The position numbers were made by a program, and so were the translations under genes. Below the pieces are notes generated by a model that saw only the letters and a program-made list of their open reading frames with translations, did not search any database and was not told the origin of the DNA. Shown in pieces: positions 30,731 through 42,838 of a DNA stretch of 64,000 nt. The first letter of the stretch is position 1; each line of letters starts with the position of its first letter. This DNA comes from Rhodospirillaceae bacterium (GTDB lineage: Bacteria > Pseudomonadota > Alphaproteobacteria > SHVP01), in NCBI GenBank assembly GCA_002722055.1, contig PBKD01000005.1, positions 17,852 through 81,851 of the forward strand, read 5' to 3'.

Positions 30731-31927
30731 TTATTTTAATTCAATATAACTCACCTTAGAGCCAGCATTAACTTTTTTAGAATTTGGTGGTCTTCTAATT
30801 ATACAATCTGCTTTAGCTAATATAGATAACATAGAAGAATCCTGAATTTTATGAGGGTAAATAATTCTTTCGTTATCTTTACTTATTTTTATCTTAGCTC
30901 TTATATAATCTTCTCTTTCGTCATTTTCTTTAAGATCTGAACCTAGTATGCCTATACTTTCATTGATTATTTTATCTTTTCTATCTAGCATCTTATGTAT
31001 AGCAGCTTTTACAAAAATTAATGAACATATATAGCTTGAAACTGGATTTCCCGGAAGTCCGATAATGGGTACTTTATTTAATAATCCAAAAAAAACCGGT
31101 TTACCAGGTCTCATTGCAATTCTCCAGAAAATTAGATTGAAACCTTTCTCAAGTAAAGAAGACTTAACTAGATCTTTATCCCCAACTGAAGCACCTCCAA
31201 TTGTTACCAATAGGTCAAAATTTTTAATATTTTTAATTTTATTCTTTATCAGTAGTTTATTATCCTTACATATTCCTAAATCTGTTACATTAGCTCCAAA
31301 GCTTTCAATTAAAGTTTTCAAAGCTATTGAGCTTGAAGAAATAATTTGAAAATCCTTGGTTTTTTTTCCAATATTAACAAGTTCATCACCAGTAGATAAA
31401 ATAGCTACCTTAGGTTTCTTTTTTACTTTAATTTTTTCTATGTTCATAGCACATCCAAGAGCTATATCTTTTATTTTTATTGGAAAACCAGGCTTAGCCC
31501 AATTATCATTATTTTTGAAGTCCATTCCTTTTTTTCTTATAAAAGAATTTTTATTTATTTTATTCACTGTTATAGATTTTTTTGTTTTATTAGAGGTATT
31601 TTCTTGAATTATAACTATATCACTCCCCTCAGGAATTTTTGCACCCGTCAAAACTCTTACTGTTTCGTTTTTTTTTATTTTTCCATTAAAATTTTTCCCA
31701 GCTGAAGATATTCCTATTAAATTTAATTTTATAGGTAATGTTTTTAAATCCTTCAGTTTACATGCATAACCATCCATTGAAGAAACATTGAAGGGAGGAT
31801 TTGAAAAAGAGGAATTGTAATTATGAGAAAGGGTTCTATCTGAACTTTCTTTTATATGAATTACTTCATCCAAAATAACTTTAGTATTGGATTGTATTTT
31901 TTTTATTGCACTTTTAACTGTAATCAT
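30731..31927 (-). CDS. moeA: Molybdopterin molybdotransferase
   Basis: Motifs PPFNVSSMDGYA, STGDEL, GGASVGDKD, MRPGKP and GLPGNPVS. Confidence 0.95.
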   Translation of the reverse strand: MITVKSAIKKIQSNTKVILDEVIHIKESSDRTLSHNYNSSFSNPPFNVSSMDGYACKLKDLKTLPIKLNLIGISSAGKNFNGKIKKNETVRVLTGAKIPEGSDIVIIQENTSNKTKKSITVNKINKNSFIRKKGMDFKNNDNWAKPGFPIKIKDIALGCAMNIEKIKVKKKPKVAILSTGDELVNIGKKTKDFQIISSSSIALKTLIESFGANVTDLGICKDNKLLIKNKIKNIKNFDLLVTIGGASVGDKDLVKSSLLEKGFNLIFWRIAMRPGKPVFFGLLNKVPIIGLPGNPVSSYICSLIFVKAAIHKMLDRKDKIINESIGILGSDLKENDEREDYIRAKIKISKDNERIIYPHKIQDSSMLSILAKADCIIRRPPNSKKVNAGSKVSYIELK

Positions 31928-31935
31928 TTTTTCTA

Positions 31936-32403
31936 TTAGAGTGAAGATTTGCCACCTGTTTTTTTTAATAGTCTTATATTATTTATAATCATTTTTTTAT
32001 CAACTGCTTTGCACATATCATATATTGTAAGTGCAGCTGTGCTAACAGCTGTTAGAGCTTCCATTTCTACGCCTGTACTGTTTTCAGCTTCACAGATAGA
32101 TGTAATATTTATATGATTTGCTTTTTTATTTATAGATATATTAATTTCTATATTTGTTAAGTTAATTTGATGACAAAGAGGAATAGATTCCCATGTTTTT
32201 TTGGCAGCCATTATGCCAGCAATTTTTGCAACAGAAAAAACATTACCTTTAGGTATAGTTTTATCGTTAATTAAATCTATAGTTTTTTTTGATACAATTA
32301 TTTCACCATAGGCTTTAGCCAATCTCCGAGATTTAGTTTTTTTTGAAATATCAACGATATTGATTTCACCATTTTTATCAATATGTGAAAGATTTTTTGT
32401 CAT
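31936..32403 (-). CDS. moaC: Cyclic pyranopterin monophosphate synthase
   Basis: Motifs AGIMAAKKT..IPLCH, TGVEMEALT and IYDMCKAVD. Confidence 0.97.
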   Translation of the reverse strand: MTKNLSHIDKNGEINIVDISKKTKSRRLAKAYGEIIVSKKTIDLINDKTIPKGNVFSVAKIAGIMAAKKTWESIPLCHQINLTNIEINISINKKANHINITSICEAENSTGVEMEALTAVSTAALTIYDMCKAVDKKMIINNIRLLKKTGGKSSL

Positions 32404-33192
32404 CTAGCTATATAAAATGTTTTTTGTTGCATCGGCAATACTATCACTTTTTAATAACGATTCACCTATTAAAAAACATTTAACTCCAATTTCATATAAT
32501 TCATCTAAATCGCTATTTCTTTTGAGACCACTTTCACTTACAATTGTATAATCTTTTGGTATTAGAGGCACTAGTTTCTTTGTTGTTGACGTATCTGTTT
32601 GAAGTGTTTTTAAATTTCTATTATTTATACCTATAAGTTTACTTTTCAATTTTAGAGCTCGTTGTAATTCATTTTCATCATGTACTTCTATGAGTATATC
32701 TAGATCTAATTTAATTGCTATTTCCTCTATTTCTCTTGCTAGGTTATCTTCTAATGCTGCCATAATAAGTAATATTGCATCAGCTCCTATTAATTTTGAC
32801 TCAAAAACTTGATAAGGATCGATTATAAAATCTTTTCTAAGACAAGGTAGTTTTATACATTTCCTAACTTCTTTAAGATCATCGTCATGTCCTTTAAAAT
32901 ACATCTCATCTGTTAATATTGATATACAACTAGCACCCATTTTTTGATATATTTTTGCAATATTCCCTGGTTTATAAGTATCAAATAATAAACCAGCAGA
33001 TGGTGAAGCCTTTTTAACTTCAGCAATTAATTTAAATTTCATTCCTAAAGAGTTTTTTAAAGCATTATGAAAACCTCTTGGCTTATCAATAATTTTACAA
33101 TTTTTTTCTATTTCTGAAAGTGATAATAATTTTTTTCTTTGTTTAACAAATAATTTTTTATAATTACATATATCTTCAAGTATATTTTTCAT
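32404..33192 (-). CDS. trpC: Indole-3-glycerol phosphate synthase
   Basis: Motifs LIAEVKKASPS, LRKDFI, GINNRNL and VSESG. Confidence 0.97.
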   Translation of the reverse strand: MKNILEDICNYKKLFVKQRKKLLSLSEIEKNCKIIDKPRGFHNALKNSLGMKFKLIAEVKKASPSAGLLFDTYKPGNIAKIYQKMGASCISILTDEMYFKGHDDDLKEVRKCIKLPCLRKDFIIDPYQVFESKLIGADAILLIMAALEDNLAREIEEIAIKLDLDILIEVHDENELQRALKLKSKLIGINNRNLKTLQTDTSTTKKLVPLIPKDYTIVSESGLKRNSDLDELYEIGVKCFLIGESLLKSDSIADATKNILYS

Positions 33193-33195
33193 AAT

Positions 33196-34209
33196 TTAAT
33201 TATTAGTAAAATCAATCAACTTTTCGAGGCAAGATAAAGCCTTGCCGCTGTCAATAACATCTTCTGCAATTTTAATTCCTTCTGAAATACTTTTAACCTT
33301 ACCACATATCTTAAGTGAGGCTGCGGTATTCAATAGAACAATATCTCTATATGGTGAACGTACTCCTTTAAGAAGTTCAAGTAAAGATTTAGCATTATCC
33401 GACGGGTCTCCCCCTATTAAATGAGATGGTTTGCATCTTGGTATTCCAAAATCTTCAGGTTTAATATAAAATTCTTTTATTTCTCCATTTTTTAATTCAT
33501 TTATATATGTAGAGTCTGTAGTAGTGATTTCATCCATCCCATCCATTCCATAGACAACCCAAGCGTTCTTAAAGTTTAATTTATAGAGAACATTTGCGAT
33601 TGGATTAACCCAGTCCTTTGAATATACACCAGTTAATTGATATTTAACCATTGCTGGGTTTGCCAAGGGGCCAAGAATATTAAATATCGTTCTAATTCCT
33701 AATTCTGACCTAACTGGAGCTACATTTTTCATAGTTGGATGGTGATTAGGTGCATTCAGGAAAGCTATATTTATTTTATCTAAACATTGTTTAACTTTTT
33801 TAACACTTATATTTATATTAACTCCTAATTGATTTAAAATATCTGCTGAACCTGAAGTTGAAGATACCGCTTTATTTCCATGTTTTGCAACTGGTATACC
33901 GCAAGCAGCAGTAATTATTGCGCAAGTTGTTGATATATTATATGTTCCCTTTGAGTCCCCCCCAGTACCAACAATATCTAAAGTTTCAGGTTTAGCTTCA
34001 ATTTTTTCCATATTATTTCTTAGGACAATTGCACCACCAAGTATCTCGTCTATATTTTCACCTTTAGATTTTAAAGAGGCTAAAAAAGCTCCAATTTGTG
34101 AATTAGTTGCATTGCCTGTCATTATTATACTAAAGGCATCAATAGAATCTATTTGAGACAAATCTTTATTATTGGTTAAATCCGATATATATTTTTTAAT
34201 ATTATTCAT
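33196..34209 (-). CDS. trpD: Anthranilate phosphoribosyltransferase
   Basis: Motifs DIVGTGGD, NISTT, AKHGNKAVSS and RTIFNILGPLANP. Confidence 0.97.
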   Translation of the reverse strand: MNNIKKYISDLTNNKDLSQIDSIDAFSIIMTGNATNSQIGAFLASLKSKGENIDEILGGAIVLRNNMEKIEAKPETLDIVGTGGDSKGTYNISTTCAIITAACGIPVAKHGNKAVSSTSGSADILNQLGVNINISVKKVKQCLDKINIAFLNAPNHHPTMKNVAPVRSELGIRTIFNILGPLANPAMVKYQLTGVYSKDWVNPIANVLYKLNFKNAWVVYGMDGMDEITTTDSTYINELKNGEIKEFYIKPEDFGIPRCKPSHLIGGDPSDNAKSLLELLKGVRSPYRDIVLLNTAASLKICGKVKSISEGIKIAEDVIDSGKALSCLEKLIDFTNN

Positions 34210-34281
34210 TTATTTTATGGTAATTTAATTATTTAATAAATATTTTTCTACCACAAAAAACTAAAAAGTTAAAACACAATT

Positions 34282-35271
34282 ATGGTAAAAATTATTAAGA
34301 AATCCAAAATTAAAAAAAATATTTACTTATTTTTAATTTTAGGAATTATTCTAATATTTGCAACTTATCTATCAAGTATATTTCTTGATAATGTTGATGA
34401 AAGTAAGAATAAATCAACAAATAATCAAAAAATGGCAGAATATAAAAATAATAAAAAACTTGATAAGTCTGAAAAAAAATTAATTATTGAAAGATATATT
34501 AAACAAAAAAATAAATTAGAATTAAAAGATAATTCGCAATTAAAAAATAAATCGAAAAATAAGTTAGATGAATCTAATATAAATAAACAATATGGTATTT
34601 CGAATTCTATAGTAATAATAATTGATGATGCTGGAATGAATATAAATAAATTAAATGATTTACTTAGTCTAAAATTAAAAAATCTTACAATTGCTTTTTT
34701 ACCTTATTCAAATAACTTAGATTATCAAGTTAATCTTGTAAATGATTCAGGTTATGATATTTTAGTTCATATGCCAATGGAGCCAGAAAATATATCTATT
34801 GACCCTGGTCCTAATGCTCTTCTAACAAGTCATAGTGTAGAACAATTAAAATTAAATATAGATAAAAATTTGTCAAAATTTGACAAATATGTAGGGATCA
34901 ATAACCATATGGGAAGTAAGTTTACGTCAGACTCTAAATCAATTAAAAATTTTTTTGAAATAATTAAATCAAGAGATATTATATTTGTTGACTCAAAAAC
35001 TACGAGTAATTCACTTGCTGCAAAAATATCTAATGAATATAACATTCCAACTCTAAGTAGGGATGTATTTATTGATAATATTCACGATAAAGATTATGTT
35101 TTAAGTCAATTAAAAAAGGCAGAAAAAATTTCAAAAACTAAAGGTTACGTAGTGGTAATAGGACACCTTCAAAAATGGACCATTGATGCATTAGCAGAAT
35201 GGTATCCAATAGCTAAAAAAAAAGGCATTATTTTAGATAGTGTTTCTTCAATAATTGAAAAAAAAAATTAA
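34282..35271 (+). CDS. Divergent polysaccharide deacetylase family protein (membrane-anchored)
   Basis: N-terminal TM helix and K/N-rich linker; motifs IIIDDAG, HMPMEP, NNHMGS, RDVFID and IGH. Confidence 0.88.
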   Translation: MVKIIKKSKIKKNIYLFLILGIILIFATYLSSIFLDNVDESKNKSTNNQKMAEYKNNKKLDKSEKKLIIERYIKQKNKLELKDNSQLKNKSKNKLDESNINKQYGISNSIVIIIDDAGMNINKLNDLLSLKLKNLTIAFLPYSNNLDYQVNLVNDSGYDILVHMPMEPENISIDPGPNALLTSHSVEQLKLNIDKNLSKFDKYVGINNHMGSKFTSDSKSIKNFFEIIKSRDIIFVDSKTTSNSLAAKISNEYNIPTLSRDVFIDNIHDKDYVLSQLKKAEKISKTKGYVVVIGHLQKWTIDALAEWYPIAKKKGIILDSVSSIIEKKN

Positions 35272-37172
35272 TTAATTAATCCACTAAAATTAATTTTTTC
35301 AATATTATTATTATAAATTTGGATGTTTATTTTCTCTCTTAGTGATTTATTGAGCAAAACAATTAAATCATTTGAATATGAAGCATCAAGTGATTGTCTT
35401 ATTCTCATATATTCGTCATTAATTTGATTATTAATAGGTGATTTGATATCAGTAACTTTTAAAATTAAAAATTTACCATCTATTTTATTAAAAGATGAGA
35501 TATACTGATTTTTTTCACTAAGAAATATTTTTTCAATAATATCATTAGTTAAGGCGTCCTCCTTATTTGTATCAGTTCTTTTTAAATCATCAAAATAATT
35601 TATCTTAATATTTAAATCTTCAGACAATTTTTCTAACGTAAACCCGTTATTAATCTTGTTAAAGTATTTATCCCCATCTATCTTTAAAAATTTATTTTGC
35701 TCTTTAAATTTCCATTCTTTTAGAACTTCATTTTTTGCATCTTTGAATGATTTAGTTTCAACTGGTTTAATTTTATTTACAGTATAGTAAATCAATCCAC
35801 CTTCTTCTGTGTCAAAAGAATCTGAATTTTTTATTTCAATTGAATTAAAAACACTCGAAATTAATTTATTTTTTTCTGTAATTGATAGGTTATTTAAAAA
35901 TTTTGAGTCAGTTTTATTTTCAACTAGAGGAATATCAGTAATTTTTAAACCAACTATGTTACTTGCTTCCTTTAGATTTTTACCAGAAGCTAATTGATCC
36001 TCTAATTGATTCGAAATTTGATAAATAGCATCATAGGCCTTGTCTAATTGTATTTCATTTTTTATTTTATTACTAACTTTGTCTAATGGGATTATACCTT
36101 CAGGGTTTAATTTAGATGTATATATAAGGTGCCAACCAAGGCTACTTTTGTATGGTTGACTCCATTGATTAGTATTTAAGTTAAAAATAAAATCTGCTAA
36201 TTCTTTTGGTAACTCATTCCAGCTTATATTTTCTAATTGATTGTAACTTATGTTAGGTAGATTTAGATTTTTTATTTGTGTGTAATTATTTATTTCTTTA
36301 CTATTAATTATTTCATATACATCCAAGATATCTTCCTTAGAGTTAGCAATAATTTGAATAATTGACCTTTCCTCTGGTTTAAAGTAAAGACTTTTATCTT
36401 GATTATATTTTTCTAAAATTAAATCTTTAGAAACTTTTATATCTTTAGATAAAATTTTAGGGGAAATATTTATGTAGGAGAAGCTTCTAAATTCGGGTGA
36501 TAAGAAGGATTTTTTATTTTTTTCGTAAAAAGAAATTAAATCCGAATCATCAATATTTTTTATATTATATATTTTATTACTTAATTCTATGTAACTAATT
36601 TGTCTTTTCTCTTCTCGAAATTTATAAATTCTTTTTACAATATCATTAGGGGTTGAAAAACCAGAGGAAACTGATCGGAAAATTTGTCTTTTTGCAATAT
36701 CATTTTTTATCTTAGTTATTACTTCTTCTTCAGTTTGTCCGGTTATATTTAAATACCTTTCAAATGCAAATTTATTAAAAGAACCACTTGAATCTTGAAA
36801 GCTAGGAATAGAAATAATTTCTTTTTTTACTGTCGAATTATTTATATCCATACCATAATTATCAGTTATTTGTTTGTACATTAGATCTGTTATCATCGTT
36901 CCAAGAGTTTGATTTACTAGGCCATAACTATTTGCCTCATCTGGTTGTATTTTTCTACCGAGTTGTTGAGATAAATTATCGAGATTTATTGAATATTCTT
37001 TTAGAAAATCTCTTTGATTAATATCGTATTTACCAACTTTAGCTAATAAAGATTTATTTCCTCCTGAAATAAAAATATCACCTATACCCCACAAACCAAA
37101 ACTAACTATCAGAAGTGCTAATAAAATTTTAATAAACCAGGAGCTAATACCTTTTCGCATAGAATTTAACAT
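35268..37172 (-). CDS. ppiD: PpiD-like periplasmic folding chaperone (SurA N-terminal and rotamase-like domains)
   Basis: N-terminus MLNSMRK..LIVSFGLWGIGD; SQPYKSSLGWHL rotamase remnant; 634 aa; divergent from tpiA. Confidence 0.88.
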   Translation of the reverse strand: MLNSMRKGISSWFIKILLALLIVSFGLWGIGDIFISGGNKSLLAKVGKYDINQRDFLKEYSINLDNLSQQLGRKIQPDEANSYGLVNQTLGTMITDLMYKQITDNYGMDINNSTVKKEIISIPSFQDSSGSFNKFAFERYLNITGQTEEEVITKIKNDIAKRQIFRSVSSGFSTPNDIVKRIYKFREEKRQISYIELSNKIYNIKNIDDSDLISFYEKNKKSFLSPEFRSFSYINISPKILSKDIKVSKDLILEKYNQDKSLYFKPEERSIIQIIANSKEDILDVYEIINSKEINNYTQIKNLNLPNISYNQLENISWNELPKELADFIFNLNTNQWSQPYKSSLGWHLIYTSKLNPEGIIPLDKVSNKIKNEIQLDKAYDAIYQISNQLEDQLASGKNLKEASNIVGLKITDIPLVENKTDSKFLNNLSITEKNKLISSVFNSIEIKNSDSFDTEEGGLIYYTVNKIKPVETKSFKDAKNEVLKEWKFKEQNKFLKIDGDKYFNKINNGFTLEKLSEDLNIKINYFDDLKRTDTNKEDALTNDIIEKIFLSEKNQYISSFNKIDGKFLILKVTDIKSPINNQINDEYMRIRQSLDASYSNDLIVLLNKSLREKINIQIYNNNIEKINFSGLIN

Positions 37173-37299
37173 TGTATTCTTTCAGTTCATAATTTCCTAA
37201 AAATTATTTATATACTGTCTTATAACAAGCATGACTATTATTCGACAAGGTTTATTAGAAATACTTTAAATAAATTATTTTTAGGTATAAAGTTAAAAT

Positions 37300-38049
37300 A
37301 TGAAAAATCACAAAATTATAGTAGCTAATTGGAAGATGAATCCCTCAATATTTCAAGGCATTGAGCTACTGAAAAGCATAAATCAAAGTATAAATGAAAT
37401 GAAGGTATCCTCTAAAATTGTTATTTGTCCCCCGTCTTTGATAATAAGAGATGCTTTAATTATTTTTTCCAATTCTATTGTTTCTATTGGATCACAAGAT
37501 TGTCATCATGCTGAAATTGGGCCATATACTGGTGATTTGAGTTATAAAATGTTTGAGGATATTGGGTGTGAATACGCAATAATTGGTCATTCAGAGCGAA
37601 GGGCAAATCATTTTGAAGATAATAAACTAATTTTTGAAAAGCTAAATTCCATTAATAGGTCAAAAATAATACCAATTCTATGTGTAGGAGAGAGTTTTGT
37701 TGAGAGAAAATCAGGTTTAGCATCAGAAGCTGTAATTCGTCAAATTGATGAGTCGGGAATTAATAAACTTGAATTTGACCAAAAAATTATAGCATATGAG
37801 CCAATATGGGCTATAGGTTCAGGAAAAATTCCAACAAGAGATGAAATTATGTCAATCCATAGCAAAATTAGAGAAAAATTGGATACTGAAGGCAATAATA
37901 AGGATATAAAAGTATTATACGGTGGTTCTGTAAATACCGAAAATGTATCAGATATTTTTTCAATAAATGGAGTAGATGGGGCACTTGTAGGGGGTGCAAG
38001 TCTAAAAAAAGCAGATTTTATTAAAATAATTGAGTCTGCAGAAATTTAA
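37300..38049 (+). CDS. tpiA: Triosephosphate isomerase
   Basis: Motifs ANWKMN, GHSERR, AYEPIWAIG, LYGGSV and LVGGASL. Confidence 0.98.
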   Translation: MKNHKIIVANWKMNPSIFQGIELLKSINQSINEMKVSSKIVICPPSLIIRDALIIFSNSIVSIGSQDCHHAEIGPYTGDLSYKMFEDIGCEYAIIGHSERRANHFEDNKLIFEKLNSINRSKIIPILCVGESFVERKSGLASEAVIRQIDESGINKLEFDQKIIAYEPIWAIGSGKIPTRDEIMSIHSKIREKLDTEGNNKDIKVLYGGSVNTENVSDIFSINGVDGALVGGASLKKADFIKIIESAEI

Positions 38050-38107
38050 ATTAATTTTTTAATTTATTTTCTAGAATTTTTGCCCAAGAACTGGTAACAA
38101 ATTATTC

Positions 38108-38434
38108 ATGATTACTTTAGTGCTAATTTTACATATAGTAATAGCCGTTGCCCTTGTGGGTGTTGTATTGCTTCAGAGAAGCGAGGGAGGGGCACTTGGT
38201 ATAGGTGGGAATCCTGGTGGAGGGATTATGTCTGGACGTGGAGCAGCCAGTGCGCTTACCAGAACAACCGCCGTGCTTGCAACAGCTTTTATTGCTACCA
38301 GTATAGTATTAGCTCTTTTGGCTTCTGGAGATAATAAAAATCGTTCCATATTTGATGATGAGGAACCAATTATTCAGGAAAATTCTGATAAAATTGATAA
38401 AAAATCCTCGCCGTCAGTTCCAATAAATGATTGA
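38108..38434 (+). CDS. secG: Preprotein translocase subunit SecG
   Basis: Motifs VLLQRSEGGALG and LTRTTAVLA; lies between tpiA and pyrG. Confidence 0.95.
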   Translation: MITLVLILHIVIAVALVGVVLLQRSEGGALGIGGNPGGGIMSGRGAASALTRTTAVLATAFIATSIVLALLASGDNKNRSIFDDEEPIIQENSDKIDKKSSPSVPIND

Positions 38435-38497
38435 AATAACAAACAGTTATTTAATTTTTTATTTTTTGCTTTCCGCATCGCAATTTTTATTGTATGA

Positions 38498-40134
<1,637 letters not shown>

Positions 40135-40135
<1 letters not shown>

Positions 40136-40977
40136 TGAATATCCAAAATAAAACAATTACTCTCAATGAAACAATTAGTATATCTAATGATCTTCCACTA
40201 ACTTTAATTGCTGGACCTTGTGCCTTAGAGTCAGAGGAACATGCAATTAAAATTGCTACTAAATTAAAAAACATCACTACTAAGCTTAAAATTAATTTTA
40301 TATTTAAAACATCTTTTGACAAAGCAAATAGAACAAGTATTACTAAAGCGAGAGGAATTGGAATTGACGCAGCAATTGAAACATTTAAAGAAATTAAAAT
40401 TAAATTACAATGTCCAATAATAACTGATGTTCACCTTCCTGAACAATGCAATAGAATTTCTGAAGTTGTTGATATAATTCAAATCCCTGCATTCCTTTGT
40501 AGGCAAACAGATTTACTTATAGCTGCAGCAAGAACAAATAAAATTGTTAATGTAAAAAAAGGTCAATTTTTAGCTCCATGGGATATGAAGAATGTAATCG
40601 AAAAAATTTCTGATACTGGGAATAAAAATATTTTAGTAACAGAAAGGGGCACTTCATTTGGATATAATAACCTTATTAGTGACTTCAAATCTCTTCCAAT
40701 TTTAAAATCATTTGGTTTTCCTGTTGTTTTTGATGCAACTCATTCGGTTCAACAGCCTGGTGGAAAAGGTGATTCATCAGGCGGTCAAAGAGAGTTTATC
40801 TCAACATTATCAAAAGCAGCAGTATCAATCGGAATAGCTGCCCTTTTTATTGAGACTCATGATGATCCTGATAATGCACCTTCAGATGGACCTAATATGG
40901 TTCCATTGGATGAAATGTATAATCTAATAGAAAATTTAATAGAATTTGATATATTAGCAAAAAAAAATAAATTTTAA
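40135..40977 (+). CDS. kdsA: KDO-8-phosphate synthase (metal-dependent type)
   Basis: Motifs IAGPC, SFDKANRTS, PAFLCRQTDL and DATHSVQQPGG. Confidence 0.97.
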
Positions 40978-41005
40978 TTATATTTTTAATTTTTTAAGGT
41001 AAAAA

Positions 41006-42271
41006 TTGTCAGCGATTAATAACATAATAGGTAGAGAAATTTTGGATAGTAGGGGTAAGCCTACTATTGAAGTTGATGTTATCCTAGAATCTGGCGCATC
41101 AGGTAGAGCCTCTGTACCATCAGGAGCATCAACCGGAGCATATGAGGCTAGTGAAAAAAGAGATAACGAAAAGCGTTTTGGTGGATTGGGTGTCAGGCAA
41201 GCTGTTGATTCAGTAAATAATGAAATTTTTGATGTTTTATCTGGACTAGAATCCCAAGAGCAAAAATTAATAGATAATACTATGATAGAGATTGATGGGA
41301 GTTCTAATAAGAGTAATCTTGGGGCAAATTCTATTCTAGCAGTATCTCTTGCTATAGCTAAAGCCAGCGCAACAGAGCTTGATTTATCTCTTTATAGATA
41401 TATTGGTGGTCCTTCGGTAAACTCCCTTCCAGTTCCTATGATGAATATTTTAAATGGTGGTGCTCATGCAGATAATCCAATAGATATACAAGAGTTCATG
41501 ATTATTCCAAAAAATAAAAATTCTTTTATTGATACATTAGAAATGGGATACAACGTTATTCAATCATTGAAAAAGAATTTAATTAAATTAGGACTAAATA
41601 CTAATATTGGGGATGAAGGAGGTTTTGCTCCATATCTATCAAATACAAATGAGGCTTTAGACTTATTACTAAAAGCCATTAATGACTCTAACTATGCACC
41701 TGGAAAGGATATATCAATTGCTCTAGATATAGCATCAACTGAATTTTTTAAAGATGGAAAGTATATTTTTAAAGGTGAGGGCGTAACGAGGGATAGAGAA
41801 GAGATGATTAATTTTTATGAAAAAATAATTAATAACTATCCTGTTATATCTATAGAAGATGGAATGAGCGAAGATGATTGGGAGGGTTGGAGAGAATTAA
41901 ATGAAGCATTTGGAGATAAAGTTCAATTAGTAGGTGATGATTTGTTTGTGACTAATGTTGAACGTTTAAAAAAAGGTATCGAGCAAAATGTAGGTAATGC
42001 TATTCTTATAAAGCCTAATCAAATTGGCACTCTATCTGAAACATTAGAAACTATTTCTTTTGCTCAAAAAAATGGATTTAAAACTATTATTTCTCATAGA
42101 TCTGGAGAGACTGAGGATGAGGTAATAGCGGATATTGCTGTAGGCAGTAAATCAGAGCAAATTAAAACTGGTTCGATGGCAAGATCAGACAGGACATCGA
42201 AATATAACCAATTAATAAGGATTGAAGAAGAGCTAGGTTTTACAGGGGTGATGAGTAAATTTCCATTCTAA
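41006..42271 (+). CDS. eno: Enolase
   Basis: Motifs [25 protein letters not shown] and SHRSGETED; TTG start. Confidence 0.98.
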   Translation: MSAINNIIGREILDSRGKPTIEVDVILESGASGRASVPSGASTGAYEASEKRDNEKRFGGLGVRQAVDSVNNEIFDVLSGLESQEQKLIDNTMIEIDGSSNKSNLGANSILAVSLAIAKASATELDLSLYRYIGGPSVNSLPVPMMNILNGGAHADNPIDIQEFMIIPKNKNSFIDTLEMGYNVIQSLKKNLIKLGLNTNIGDEGGFAPYLSNTNEALDLLLKAINDSNYAPGKDISIALDIASTEFFKDGKYIFKGEGVTRDREEMINFYEKIINNYPVISIEDGMSEDDWEGWRELNEAFGDKVQLVGDDLFVTNVERLKKGIEQNVGNAILIKPNQIGTLSETLETISFAQKNGFKTIISHRSGETEDEVIADIAVGSKSEQIKTGSMARSDRTSKYNQLIRIEEELGFTGVMSKFPF

Positions 42272-42369
42272 ATTTTTTTTGAGTCTTATATGCAACAGTC
42301 TCTAACAATGCATATATATATAAATTGATTATTTGACGTAAACATACAATTTATGATTCAATTCTGGAA

Positions 42370-42684
42370 ATGACTATTTTTTTTGAAATTAGAAGAAGAA
42401 CTAGAGCCGCATTTGCACCATTTCTTTTGATTTTGGTAATAATTTATTTTGGTGTCAGTTTTGTTGAAGGTAAGAGAGGGCTTATTGCCTGGTTTTCCCT
42501 TACTCAGATGAATAAAATAGCTGAAAATGAACTAATATTGCTTAGAAATCAGAGATTAGAAAGTGAAAAAATTTCACAGGGTTTAAGGTATTCAAGTTTA
42601 GACTTAGACCTTTTGGAAGAGCAAGCAAGAAAAAAACTAGGTTTTACTCATCCTAGCGACTTTTTGATACGTTCAGAAAATTGA
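42370..42684 (+). CDS. ftsB: Septum formation initiator (FtsB/DivIC family)
   Basis: TM helix followed by GKRGL, coiled coil and LDLDLLEEQARKKLG; follows eno. Confidence 0.88.
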   Translation: MTIFFEIRRRTRAAFAPFLLILVIIYFGVSFVEGKRGLIAWFSLTQMNKIAENELILLRNQRLESEKISQGLRYSSLDLDLLEEQARKKLGFTHPSDFLIRSEN

Positions 42685-42838
42685 TAATCCCTAATTTTAA
42701 CTAAAAACTAGCTATAAAACTCTCAAAAATAAGTAATTATTAATTATAAACCCTTTTTTTTTTATTCTATTCTTTATTGAAGAATTAACATATGTAATTA
42801 TATCAATGTTTATATGATCAAAAAAAGTAAACATTCAT

